Notes under the pieces: model-generated
Told to the model about the DNA's origin: nothing
The model's input: the letters and a program-made list of their open reading frames with translations, nothing else
Databases searched by the model: none
Assembly (NCBI GenBank): GCA_965222885.1
Contig: OZ244973.1
Coordinates: 1,398,172 to 1,462,171 of the forward strand
Direction: 5' to 3'
Source: Terriglobia bacterium
GTDB taxonomy: Bacteria; Acidobacteriota; Terriglobia; UBA7540; JAPUME01
DNA: 64,000 nucleotides
Part shown: positions 50,405 to 58,890 of the stretch, one piece after another
Layout: the number at the start of each line of letters is the position of its first letter
How positions within the stretch are numbered: the stretch's first letter is position 1
Made by a program: the position numbers and the translations under genes

Positions 50405-51862
50405 CTACACGTCGAAGTAAAGCGAAAACTCGTAAGGGTGGGGTCGAAGCCGGAGCGCGTCGAGCTCATTGGTTCGCTTGTAGTCGATCCAGGTCTCGAT
50501 CAGATCCGAGGTGAAGACGTCGCCCTTCAGCAGAAACTCGCTGTCCCTTTCGAGAGCGTTCAGGGACTCTTCCAGCGAGCCCGGCAGGGTTTTCACCTGG
50601 GCGGCCTCTTCCGGCGGCAGATCATAGATGTTTCGGTCCAGAGGCTCCCCGGGGTCCATTCGATTCTGAATGCCGTCCAGTCCGGCCATCAACATGGCCG
50701 ACATGGCGAGATAGATATTCGCCGAGGGATCGGGGGAACGGAATTCGAGCCGTTTGGCTTTCGGGCTGGTGGAATAGAGCGGAATCCGAATGCAGGCGCT
50801 GCGGTTCCGCTGTGAATAGGCCAAGTTGATCGGAGCCTCGTAACCCGGGACCAGCCGGCAATAGGAATTCGTAGTAGGAGCGCAGAAAGCCAACAGAGCC
50901 GGGGCATGACGGAGCAGGCCGCCGATGTAATACCTGGCATCTTTGCTGATCTGCGCGTAACCGGCCTCGTCGTAGAACAGGTTTTGCTGATCTTTCCAAA
51001 GGCTCTGGTGGGTGTGCATGCCGGAACCGTTGTCCATAAAGACCGGTTTGGGCATGAACGTAGCGGCCTTCATCTGTTCTCGCGCCAAGTTTTTCACGAT
51101 GTGCTTGTAGATCATCACTCCATCGCCCATCTTCGTCAGGGAAGTGAAGCGCAGGTCGATTTCACCTTGGCCCGCGGTGCCCACCTCGTGGTGATGAATC
51201 TCGACTTCGACGCCTGCCTGCTTCATCTTGAGAATCGCTTCCGAGCGGAAATCCTGCAGGGTGTCGGTAGGAGGCGTGGGGAAGTACCCGCCTTTGAAGC
51301 GGGGCTTGTGGCCCAAGTTGGGTTTCTCATCGGTTCCGGTATTCCAGGCACCTTCCTTGGAATCGACGAAATAGTAGCCCGAGTGCTCGTTTTGATCGAA
51401 CCGGACATCATCGAAAACGTAGAACTCAAGCTCCGGACCCCAGTAGCTGACATCGGCGACGCCGGTGGATTTCAGATAGGCTTCCGCCTTCAGGGCCACA
51501 TGACGCGGGTCCCGCGAGTACCTTTCCAAGGTGACCGGGTCATGCACGTTACAGACAATCGCGAGCGTCGTGTTGCGGTAGAAAGGGTCCACGAAAGCCG
51601 TGCCGACGTCCGGCAAAAGAATCATGTCGCTCTCTTGAATTTGTTGAAAGCCCCGAATGCTGGAACCGTCAAATCCCAGCCCCTCAGTGAAATCGCCTTC
51701 ACTGATCTGATCGGCGGGAGCGGAAAAGTGTTGCCAAGTGCCCAGCAGGTCGGTAAACCTGAAATCTATAATTTCCACTTGGTTGGCTCGGCAAAAGTCC
51801 AAGACTTCTTTCGGTGCGGACAGCTCGGTTGCCCGTAGTTCACCTTCGCGCGTATTCGGCAT
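50405..51862 (-). CDS. glnA: glutamine synthetase type I (beta-type, adenylylation loop present)
   Basis: 485 aa. GFDGSSIRGF, HHHEVGTAGQGEI, MPKPVFMDNGSGMHTH, adenylylation-site-like NIYDLPPEE. Confidence 0.9.
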   Translation of the reverse strand: MPNTREGELRATELSAPKEVLDFCRANQVEIIDFRFTDLLGTWQHFSAPADQISEGDFTEGLGFDGSSIRGFQQIQESDMILLPDVGTAFVDPFYRNTTLAIVCNVHDPVTLERYSRDPRHVALKAEAYLKSTGVADVSYWGPELEFYVFDDVRFDQNEHSGYYFVDSKEGAWNTGTDEKPNLGHKPRFKGGYFPTPPTDTLQDFRSEAILKMKQAGVEVEIHHHEVGTAGQGEIDLRFTSLTKMGDGVMIYKHIVKNLAREQMKAATFMPKPVFMDNGSGMHTHQSLWKDQQNLFYDEAGYAQISKDARYYIGGLLRHAPALLAFCAPTTNSYCRLVPGYEAPINLAYSQRNRSACIRIPLYSTSPKAKRLEFRSPDPSANIYLAMSAMLMAGLDGIQNRMDPGEPLDRNIYDLPPEEAAQVKTLPGSLEESLNALERDSEFLLKGDVFTSDLIETWIDYKRTNELDALRLRPHPYEFSLYFDV

Positions 51863-52280
51863 AAAGGTTTTTTCCTCCAGGAATATTGAATTGTAGGGTG
51901 AAGCAGGAGCAAGACTTCTTTTTCCCGATTCTAAAGAGCGGGTCGGCCAGGGTCTGAGCCACCAAAGGCAGGAATGGGATGAACCGTTTCGTGATGGCTG
52001 CCTGGTTGTGATCGCTACGGGAATCGGCTTTTTTGTGCATGATCCTGCTTTCTGACGAAGCGGTGACCTGATTCAGTTCGGACTCTGCCATACCTTCGGT
52101 ACGAACCCACCCGGCTTGGCCTTCGGCAACGGTCTCGATTCGGAATGGGGTCGCAAACTCTGACGTCGAGTTATTTCGCTTTTCGGACAAATTCCTCAAT
52201 TCATCCGAGTCGATCCAATTTTCTTTTAGGGGACCCATTCTGTGGCGAACAGGTGAGGAGTGTCAAGAGGAAAATGTGCA

Positions 52281-52410
52281 GATTGCTATTAAAATTTTGT
52301 ATATATGCAATAAAAATATTTCATATGACAAAAATTTGGCCTGAATTTACAATTTGACGAATAAATCTTGATTACTATGCAATATAATATGAGCACCTTA
52401 CTATAAAAGG
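52281..52410. promoter_or_regulatory. AT-rich segment in the divergent glnA / glnA-2 intergenic region (probable promoter/operator zone)
   Basis: A sharp local AT enrichment (ttattaaaattttgtatatatgcaataaaaatatttcatatgacaaaaattt...) in an otherwise GC-rich window. It contains TATAAT (52383-52388). No confident -35 or sigma54 box. Confidence 0.3.
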
Positions 52411-52432
52411 TCAGCCTGGAGTTCATGCTCCT

Positions 52433-53767
52433 ATGAGCCATCAACAAGGCCATGCAAGCGCCCTCGAGCTCCTCCAGAAGGAGGCGGTAGAGTTCCTGCG
52501 GCTCCAATTTACCGATTTGCTAGGGTCGATTAAACACGTCGAGGTACCGCTAAGCCAATTTGAGTCGGCTTTGGGCGGGGACATAGTCTTTGACGGCTCC
52601 TCGCTGCAGGGGTTTGCCCGCGTTGCCGAATCCGACGTCCTGCTCAGCCCGGACCTGGACACCTTGCGGATCTTCGAGGAGTCTCCCGAAGAACCTAAGA
52701 TGGCGCGGGTGGTCTGCGATATTCACCGTCTGGACGACACTCCGTTCCCGGCCTGTCCCCGCAGTTGCTTGAAGAATGTTTTGGCCCAAGCCGCGGATCT
52801 GAGCTATGGGGCCATGGTAGCTCCCGAAATCGAATTCTTTTTGTTCCAGCGCAACCCCGAAAACGAACCCACCACCGAGACGCGTGATACGGGCAGCTAT
52901 TTTGACTTGGCGCCGCTGGACCAGGGTGAGCAGACTCGCCGCGATCTGATGAAGTCGCTCAGTTCCTTGGGAGTTGAGGCGGGGGCGGTGCATCATGAGG
53001 TCTCTCCCGGGCAGCATGAGGTGGACCTGCCCTTTGCCGAAGCGCTTCGCACGGCTGACAACATCAGCACCTTCCGCGTGATCGCCCGCCGGGTGGCTTC
53101 GGCCCGTGGACTCCATGCTACCTTCATGCCCAAGCCGGTCTATGGCAAAGAGGGCTCCGGTATGCATCTTCATCTGTATTTGACCCGGGGAAATGCGAAT
53201 GCCTTTCTTCCGGCGGACCCGGATACGGGGCTAAGCCAGGTAGGGCGCTATTTTGTGGGTGGGCTCCTGCGTCATGCACGCGGTTTTACTCTGATCACCA
53301 ATCCGTTGATCAACTCCTATAAGCGTCTGGTGACAGGCTTCGAAGCCCCGACGCATTCGGTTTGGTCGGAGCAGAACGTGAATCCGCTCGTTCGGGTGCC
53401 GCCCGGGCACGGCTCGTCCCCTCACTGCGAGGTGCGCAGTCCGGACCCGGCTTGTAATCCCTATTTGGCGCTGGCCGTGATTCTGAAGGCCGGGTTGGAG
53501 GGAGTCAAAGAGAAGATCGATCCGGGTCCGCCGGTCAATAAGGACATCTACGGCATGAGCGCACGGGAGCGAGGCCGTTTGAGCGTGGACCCGCTGCCGG
53601 TTGACCTGCACGAAGCGCTCCGTGCATTCCAGAAGGACAAAGTCATTCAGGAGACCTTGGGGAAAGAGATCAACCACCATCTACTGGAAGCCCACAAAGC
53701 CCTTTGGACCGAATATCTACAGCAGGTCCATCCCTGGGAATTGGACAAATACCTCGCCTACTATTGA
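52433..53767 (+). CDS. glnA: glutamine synthetase type I (alpha-type, 444 aa, second copy)
   Basis: FLRLQFTDLLGSIKHVEV, FDGSSLQGF, HHEVSPGQHEVD, MPKPVYGKEGSGMHLH. It lacks the DLPPEE adenylylation loop. Confidence 0.85.
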   Translation: MSHQQGHASALELLQKEAVEFLRLQFTDLLGSIKHVEVPLSQFESALGGDIVFDGSSLQGFARVAESDVLLSPDLDTLRIFEESPEEPKMARVVCDIHRLDDTPFPACPRSCLKNVLAQAADLSYGAMVAPEIEFFLFQRNPENEPTTETRDTGSYFDLAPLDQGEQTRRDLMKSLSSLGVEAGAVHHEVSPGQHEVDLPFAEALRTADNISTFRVIARRVASARGLHATFMPKPVYGKEGSGMHLHLYLTRGNANAFLPADPDTGLSQVGRYFVGGLLRHARGFTLITNPLINSYKRLVTGFEAPTHSVWSEQNVNPLVRVPPGHGSSPHCEVRSPDPACNPYLALAVILKAGLEGVKEKIDPGPPVNKDIYGMSARERGRLSVDPLPVDLHEALRAFQKDKVIQETLGKEINHHLLEAHKALWTEYLQQVHPWELDKYLAYY

Positions 53768-53966
53768 CTCCCTTTGGAATGGGGAATTATGTATTTAGGT
53801 TGACAGGGAACTATCTGCTGAAGGATCAGACTCATGCGGTTCTTCCGGTTCCGGCTTACTTCCCAAAAGGATTGAAACGGCATCATCAAAGGGAACTTCC
53901 GCCATTTGTGGCGCTTTGGTTTGGCCTTGCCGGGCTGTTTCCTGGTTCATGGGTCCCTGTTTCTCC

Positions 53967-54200
53967 TTAAAAGAAGATGTATTTGATCACGGCGCCCAAG
54001 GCCGACATGCCGATTGCTGCCAAGAATATATTAACGTAAACCAACCCGCCTTGAACGTGGGCAACTTTAAGGCTTAATTCCACGTGATCTTCTTTCAAAT
54101 CGTCCTTTATGGCGGTAATCGCCTTTAGGAGCCGAATCTCCATTTCGTTCATCGCTTTCAGCAACCGAATTTCCAGTTGCTGAACCTCTTCGCTGCTCAT
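53967..54200 (-). CDS. small coiled-coil protein with C-terminal TM anchor (DUF1640/XhlA-like architecture)
   Basis: 77 aa. Internal repeat LEIRLLKAMNEMEIRLLKAI. C-terminal GGLVYVNIFLAAIGMSALGAVIKYIFF. Confidence 0.45.
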   Translation of the reverse strand: MSSEEVQQLEIRLLKAMNEMEIRLLKAITAIKDDLKEDHVELSLKVAHVQGGLVYVNIFLAAIGMSALGAVIKYIFF

Positions 54201-54253
54201 GACCTCTTCTCTTTACGCCTTATTCTACTAGCTCAGAAAATCCTCCGCAAGCC

Positions 54254-54544
54254 CTAGTGCATTTCGGTGATGTTAAGCTGCGTGTGTAAAAGGTGGAGGG
54301 TGCGGGTTTTCCCTGGTGGGTTCATCCGGTTAAAGATCGAGAACACGATTCGATCCACGCTGTGAACATTGGCAAAGCAAACCAGCGGTCGGGTGCGACG
54401 CCGGACCTCCACGAAACAGCGCTCGATGACGTTGGTCGTGCGCAGCTTCCGCCACCGGTGCCGGGGGAAGGGGAAGAAGCTGAGCAGCTCCGGCAAGTCT
54501 TTTTCCAACTGCCGCACGATGGCGGGATAGGCTTCCCGGCCCAT
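54254..54544 (-). pseudogene. IS256 (Mutator)-family transposase C-terminal fragment
   Basis: YPAIVRQLEKDLPELLSFFPFPRHRWRKLRTTNVIERCFVEVRRRTRPLVCFANVHSVDRIVFSIF matches the conserved IS256 C-terminus. The N-terminal roughly 300 aa are missing. Confidence 0.75.
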
Positions 54545-54699
54545 ATCCCGATGCCGTCCGCCTTGGCTTGCGCCTCTTCGGAAACGTACAGCATAGAGTA
54601 TTTTCGGTAGGCCAGCGACCAGCCTTGACGGACCATCCAGCGGGACAAGCTCTGGCCATTCGCATAGCAGATCTGACCTGCCCCCACGAGTGGTACCAC
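54535..54699 (-). pseudogene. thermonuclease (SNase-like) C-terminal fragment abutting the IS256 remnant
   Basis: ICYANGQSLSRWMVRQGWSLAYRKYSMLYVSEEAQAKADGIGIWAG resembles an SNase-family C-terminus. An in-frame TAG lies immediately upstream of 54699. Confidence 0.5.
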
Positions 54700-54942
54700 C
54701 CTCTAAGTTAGAGTTGGAATCATTTCAAGTCCAGCCCGTGGGATCGAAGTCATTGCCCGATACCCTAGAGAACTGTGCGGGCGTGTATGCAGGGGCCACC
54801 TAAGCGGGATTGGAATTTCCTGAAATCAGCAGCCAAAATCAAGGCGAAGTCGAAAGACTAGCATCCAAGATCGTATAGAATTCCCCTTGCAATGGATTGA
54901 GCCCAGGAGGGTCCGCCCGGTTGTCTTTCGATCGGGACGACG

Positions 54943-54954
54943 CCCCCCCCCCCC
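54943..54954. repeat. C12 homopolymer (G12 on the porin strand)
   Basis: Twelve consecutive C, counted directly. It ends 15 nt from the porin stop codon (54969-54971). Confidence 0.9.
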
Positions 54955-54968
54955 GAGCCCTCAGCCCC

Positions 54969-56309
54969 TTACTCGCCGGCGTCGAACGAGTACACGAATC
55001 CCAGCAGGAAGGTGGTCTGGTTCTGTACGAAGCGGTTCGCGCCCTTCAGGAAGACGGGCGCGGTGGACCAATCGCGACGAACTTCAAAGCGGCTCAGCAA
55101 ATCTCCGGCCAGCTTATATTCGAAGGTCTGGGTGAATTCCTTCACTTGTTGTTGCGTCCCCGTGGACCAGCCGTCATCGTCCTGGAACCATTCCAGACGG
55201 GAAGCTACGGCGACTTTATCGTTGAAGGCATAGCGGACGTAGCCGGCGATTCCCTGCCAGGCTTGATCGGGGTCGGTGGGGAAGGCTCCCGTCTCCCGGC
55301 CGTAATCGTAGTTGACCAGGAAGGAGAGGTTGTCGTCATGGTTGTAGGTGACAATGGTGTCCCACACATGCCGAATGCTGTCATTGGAGCCGGTCAACTC
55401 AGGACCCACCATGTAATTTTGCACGACGCTCAGTTCTGGCACGGGACTGAAGCCCACTTGAATGGCAAAGGACTTTCCCGAGTTGTTTTCGACGACGTTA
55501 TTCCACCCGTTGGCCAGGTGGGCCGTGACCCAGGCAGTGTCGTTGATCGTGTACTGGGCGCGGAGACCGTAATGATAGAGGGGAATCGCCCAAGTGTAGA
55601 GCAGACCCCGCGAATAGTTCCAGTTATTCTTCGACTCGATGACCTCGGCTCCGATGGGGGTGACCCACTTCCCGAAATCAACCTGAAACTTTTCGTGCAT
55701 CTGATAGGAAAAATAGGCTTCCTTCAGGTATTGGGCAAATCCCAGCCCGCCGACCGGTTCAGCCGCGTTCACCACGTTGATCGTCTCACCGAAATCGAAT
55801 GAGAGGGCGAAGCCCAAAGGGCTGTCCCGGGTCGGAGCCTTGCTGAGCGCCAATTCAGCCAGGCCCAGGGTCATCTGGTTGGCGGGTCCGTCGAAGGCGC
55901 GCAAGCCGACGGTGCGGTCCTGAGGTTGGTTCACGTTGTATTGGTAGTAGCCGTCCACCATCCCGGAAAAATCGACCGAACTCAAAAAGTTGAGCACCGG
56001 CGGGAGCTTTTTGTCGGAACCACTCGGCGGCTCGGGATCCGCCAAGGTGGGATCGGCGGCAGCGGCGGCCGAAGCCGGCAAGGGATCCGGGGACGCCTCC
56101 GTCGGCGACGAAGGACTTCTTGCGGGAAGGGTTTTCAGGGTTTGTTCCAGCCGGGCTACTTCTTTCTTAAGCGACTCCAGCCGTTCGAGGAGCTCGGCGG
56201 GGGAAGGAGGCGGAGGTGTTTCCGGGCTTTCCCCGCGAACATAGGGAGACAGAGGAGAAAACATCAAGCAGGCGCACAAAGCGGTTCGAATCCAATTTTG
56301 GATTTTCAA
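54969..56309 (-). CDS. outer-membrane beta-barrel porin (bbp2/DUF1597-like)
   Basis: Signal-like (M)KIQNWIRTALCACLMFSPLSP, a Pro/Ser-rich coiled linker, alternating beta-strand pattern and C-terminal ...FLLGFVYSF. Likely TTG start at 56309; the track alternative is 56378. Confidence 0.7.
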   Translation of the reverse strand: MKIQNWIRTALCACLMFSPLSPYVRGESPETPPPPSPAELLERLESLKKEVARLEQTLKTLPARSPSSPTEASPDPLPASAAAAADPTLADPEPPSGSDKKLPPVLNFLSSVDFSGMVDGYYQYNVNQPQDRTVGLRAFDGPANQMTLGLAELALSKAPTRDSPLGFALSFDFGETINVVNAAEPVGGLGFAQYLKEAYFSYQMHEKFQVDFGKWVTPIGAEVIESKNNWNYSRGLLYTWAIPLYHYGLRAQYTINDTAWVTAHLANGWNNVVENNSGKSFAIQVGFSPVPELSVVQNYMVGPELTGSNDSIRHVWDTIVTYNHDDNLSFLVNYDYGRETGAFPTDPDQAWQGIAGYVRYAFNDKVAVASRLEWFQDDDGWSTGTQQQVKEFTQTFEYKLAGDLLSRFEVRRDWSTAPVFLKGANRFVQNQTTFLLGFVYSFDAGE

Positions 56310-56392
56310 TGGGTACCATGACCTTTCTCCTCCCACCACCTGAAACGCGCTGCCAAGGCCGCTCATTCCAGGTTGCAATTACCACCGCACTC

Positions 56393-56421
56393 ACTATAGG
56401 GGGAGACGAAATATCGGTCAA
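56393..56421 (-). promoter_or_regulatory. sigma70 promoter of the porin gene (TTGACC - 17 nt - TATAGT) with A/T-rich UP-like tract
   Basis: The minus strand reads aaaaaatttatttccTTGACCgatatttcgtctcccccTATAGT. -35 is at 56416-56421 and -10 at 56393-56398, with a spacer of exactly 17 nt. Confidence 0.5.
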
Positions 56422-56465
56422 GGAAATAAATTTTTTACACGCCATAAAAAAATCTTCTTCATCAC

Positions 56466-56522
56466 GCGGCCCAGGAGTTGCTGCACAGAAAAAACGATCC
56501 CGGGGAAGGGACGCTCACGGGG
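56466..56522 (+). repeat. about 57-bp direct repeat, copy 1 (brackets the TA cassette)
   Basis: gcggcccaggagttgctgcacagaaaaaacgatcccggggaagggacgctcacgggg. A 36-nt perfect core at 56486-56521 equals 57643-57678. The minus strand has a hairpin CGTCCC/GGGA(T)CG followed by T6. Confidence 0.85.
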
Positions 56523-56540
56523 GGAGGGCCACGCCGCATC

Positions 56541-56759
56541 CCGAAGGCTGCCGGGGATGCGGTAGCTGCGTCTATCGAGCCGTACGGTTTCTGTCAGCCC
56601 ATCGTTATAGATGCCGACGACGTGGTCATTGTGGGTCATACCCGCCTTCAGGCTGTGCTCAAGCTCGGCCTGAAATTCGTGCCCGTCCACGTCGCCGACC
56701 TCACGCTGGAGCAGGCGTGGGCCTACCGGCTGGCTAAGGAGTTGGAAGCCTTGGCCACT
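56541..56759 (+). pseudogene. ParB/Srx N-terminal-domain fragment
   Basis: AASIEPYGFCQPIVIDADDVVIVGHTRLQAVLKLGLKFVPVHVADLTLEQAWAYRLA matches the ParB-like nuclease domain core (GH.R motif). It begins right after repeat copy 1 with no credible N-terminus. Confidence 0.45.
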
Positions 56760-56870
56760 ATGATGGATGCCGATCGCGCCGCGTTACGTGGATATCGCCG
56801 TTGCCCGCTGGGAGGCGTACACGGGGGAGAAAGCGGAGCGAGTATGACCTCCCTGTACACCGCACATGCG

Positions 56871-57242
56871 CTAAATGAGGTCGTCCACGGCCACGTTGAG
56901 CGCGGTCGCAATGCGCTTCATTGCCTTGACCGAGCCAGGCTTCTTCCGGTTTTCGATGTCCGAAAGATAGGAAGCCGCGACGCCGGCAATGTCGGCAAGT
57001 TCGCCGGCCTTCATGCCGCGATAGTTACGCCACACACGGACCGGATGTTCGCCGTCGGCAACGCGCTTGACCAGTTCAAAGGGCACGAGTTCCTGGTCGG
57101 GATCTTCGAGAGTGCGTCGGATGATGGTGGCATCCATGGCATCTTCGTCAACGGCGCTTCGCAATGCCTCGTACTCGGCGCGCGGGATAACGGCGTATTC
57201 TTCGCCGGCCAGAGTGATGGTTTGGGGTCTGGTAGTAGTCAT
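56871..57242 (-). CDS. type II antitoxin, XRE-family HTH (HigA-like position, downstream of the toxin)
   Basis: 123 aa. C-terminal HTH GMKAGELADIAGVAASYLSDIENRKKPGSVKAMKRIATAL. ATGA overlap with the toxin gene. Confidence 0.8.
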   Translation of the reverse strand: MTTTRPQTITLAGEEYAVIPRAEYEALRSAVDEDAMDATIIRRTLEDPDQELVPFELVKRVADGEHPVRVWRNYRGMKAGELADIAGVAASYLSDIENRKKPGSVKAMKRIATALNVAVDDLI

Positions 57243-57496
57243 CGGTATGCTTCTCCACGTGGCAGAATGGCGGCTATCGTCATCGTTCTGGCTTCGGTAT
57301 CAAGCGTGTATAACACTCGCCAATTGCCCACCCGGAGCCTGAAGCCATCGCCCCCCTTCAAGGCAGTCACGTTATGGTTCGGGGCGAGCGGGTCTGCCGC
57401 CAGGCTGTCGATTTTGCTGCTGATGATTCTCTCCAGATTATCGGGCATGGCACGAAGCCGTCGTCGTGCTTCCTTCGTTATCGCCACCTTGAACAT
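57239..57496 (-). CDS. type II toxin, RelE/ParE superfamily
   Basis: 85 aa. MFKVAITKEARRRLRAMPDNLERIISSKIDSLAADP ... GFRLRVGNWRVLYTLD is typical of RelE/ParE. Confidence 0.8.
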   Translation of the reverse strand: MFKVAITKEARRRLRAMPDNLERIISSKIDSLAADPLAPNHNVTALKGGDGFRLRVGNWRVLYTLDTEARTMTIAAILPRGEAYR

Positions 57497-57501
57497 AGGG
57501 A

Positions 57502-57541
57502 AATATATCTTATAGAGAATAATATGGCAAGTAAATATTAT
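57502..57541 (-). promoter_or_regulatory. TA-operon promoter (TTGCCA - 17 nt - TATATT) overlapped by a 7-bp inverted repeat (candidate operator)
   Basis: -10 at 57502-57507, only 5 nt from the ATG, so the mRNA is probably leaderless. -35 at 57525-57530. The inverted repeat ATAATAT (57519-57525) / ATATTAT (57535-57541) has a 9-nt spacer. Confidence 0.45.
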
Positions 57542-57621
57542 CTATTAAATAAAATAATGACGGCCCCGTTCATGTAGTGAAAACAGATATGACTTTCGCT
57601 ACTACTATCGGCTTGTCTCCT

Positions 57622-57680
57622 GCGGCCCGGGAGCTTACTGCGCAGAAAAAACGATCCCGGGGAAGGGACGCTCACGGGCG
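57622..57680 (+). repeat. about 57-bp direct repeat, copy 2
   Basis: gcggcccgggagcttactgcgcagaaaaaacgatcccggggaagggacgctcacgggcgg; see 56466-56522. Confidence 0.85.
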
Positions 57681-57876
57681 GGTGTTCCGTGGGGGCGCTT
57701 TGGAGTCGAGGAACTCCCCGAGAGGATGGGGGCGAAACGTGATGGCGAGGATTTTTTATCAGGACCGGACGGATGGCCGGCCCCGGACAACTTGGCCGGG
57801 GCCGGCTGAATCGGGCCACGATCGGTGGTGAAACCCTCGTAAGAGGGGGAGGGGGAATCTTACCGGGTCCGGTTGA

Positions 57877-58890
57877 CTACTCTTCCAGCAGCCCTGGCGG
57901 CGGCGGCAGAGCAGCCAGAAAGGCCGCCAGGTTATTTTTGTCAACAATGGCCGTGCCCGTATTGATGATCGCCGGGACCGGATAGACGGGCGCCGTGCGC
58001 CAGTCCGTGAACTGCCGGACGGCGTTATGATGCAGATCGTCGAGCAGCTTCACCCCGTAGAAAGCCATTGTGTAGGGTTTCTGCGATATGGTGGCGGCAA
58101 TGCCTCCGCGATCGATCCAGTCCAGGGTGAGGGGGTTTTTGTCCATGGCGACGATGACCAGTTCGCCATGAATTTCCATCCGATAAAGAGCTTCCGCGGC
58201 CCCTTCCCCTCCGGACGCGTCCAGACAGAGTAACGCGTGGATGGGGGGACCTTCCTCATCCATCATCTTGGAGATCAAGTCGTTGGCTTTCTGCACGCTG
58301 GATTCATCGTCCAGGACATTGAGGATCTTGATCCGGGAGTATTTCCTCAACGCGTCCCGATAGCCCCGGACGCGCTCATCCAAATTGTGCTGTCCGGGAA
58401 TGGTCAGGATGATCACGTTGCCTCTTTGCTTGAGCAATTTCGCCGCCAGCTCGCCGCCCTCGAATCCGGCCTTGTAGTTGTCGGTCCCAATGAACGTAAT
58501 GCGCTTGCTTTCCGGCGAGTCGGAGTCGATGCAGATGACCGGGATGCCCTGTTCGATGGCCTGGTTGATGGGTTCGATGAAGGGACCCGGTTTGGCCGGT
58601 GAGACCAGGATGCCGGCGGGTTTTTTGGCGACGGCCTCCTGGAAGGCTGCCAGTTGCGCTTCCACGTTGTAGTCGGCCGGTCCGACGATCTCGGCTTGCA
58701 GCCCGAAGCCGAGCGAGCGTACGGCCCGCTTGAATCCATACTGCACTTCTTTCCAATAAGGGTTCTCCAGGTTCATGGCCACCAAGTAGTAGGTTTCCCC
58801 CTCCTGATGGTAATCTTTTTGACACGACGGAGAGATCCCTAAGACCATGAATACCGTCAGGACAAGCGAAAATCGCGCCCAATTTTTCAT
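57877..58890 (-). CDS. sugar-binding periplasmic protein (PBP1 family) lipoprotein, no cognate permease/ATPase adjacent
   Basis: ATG at 58890. Signal plus lipobox MKNWARFSLVLTVFMVLGISPSC. YYLVAMNLENPYW, VICIDSD and FIGTDNY are typical of ribose/galactose-type binding proteins. Confidence 0.75.
   Translation of the reverse strand: MKNWARFSLVLTVFMVLGISPSCQKDYHQEGETYYLVAMNLENPYWKEVQYGFKRAVRSLGFGLQAEIVGPADYNVEAQLAAFQEAVAKKPAGILVSPAKPGPFIEPINQAIEQGIPVICIDSDSPESKRITFIGTDNYKAGFEGGELAAKLLKQRGNVIILTIPGQHNLDERVRGYRDALRKYSRIKILNVLDDESSVQKANDLISKMMDEEGPPIHALLCLDASGGEGAAEALYRMEIHGELVIVAMDKNPLTLDWIDRGGIAATISQKPYTMAFYGVKLLDDLHHNAVRQFTDWRTAPVYPVPAIINTGTAIVDKNNLAAFLAALPPPPGLLEE

Noticed and set aside
51840-52238. 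132-aa minus-strand ORF in the glnA upstream region.
   Set aside because: It overlaps the glnA start. It has no RBS, no recognisable domain and odd composition. More likely non-coding leader or regulatory DNA.
52337-52351. Sigma54-like TGGCCTGAATTTACA upstream of the second glnA.
   Set aside because: GG is present, but the position 10 nt downstream reads CA instead of the invariant GC, and TTGC is missing. It does not fit the GG-N10-GC rule.
56389-56406. The 13-mer ACTCACTATAGGG followed by GGAGA is identical to the core of the phage T7 class III promoter (TAATACGACTCACTATAGGGAGA).
   Set aside because: The upstream half (TAATACG) does not match. The same bases read on the other strand form the -10 (TATAGT) of a well-spaced sigma70 promoter for the porin gene. 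Most likely a coincidence, not a phage promoter or vector contamination.
56466-57680. The TA-flanking repeats as integron attC sites (a chromosomal cassette).
   Set aside because: No GTTRRRY/RYYYAAC core sites. The internal symmetry is not typical of attC, and there is no intI in the window. Kept as generic direct repeats.
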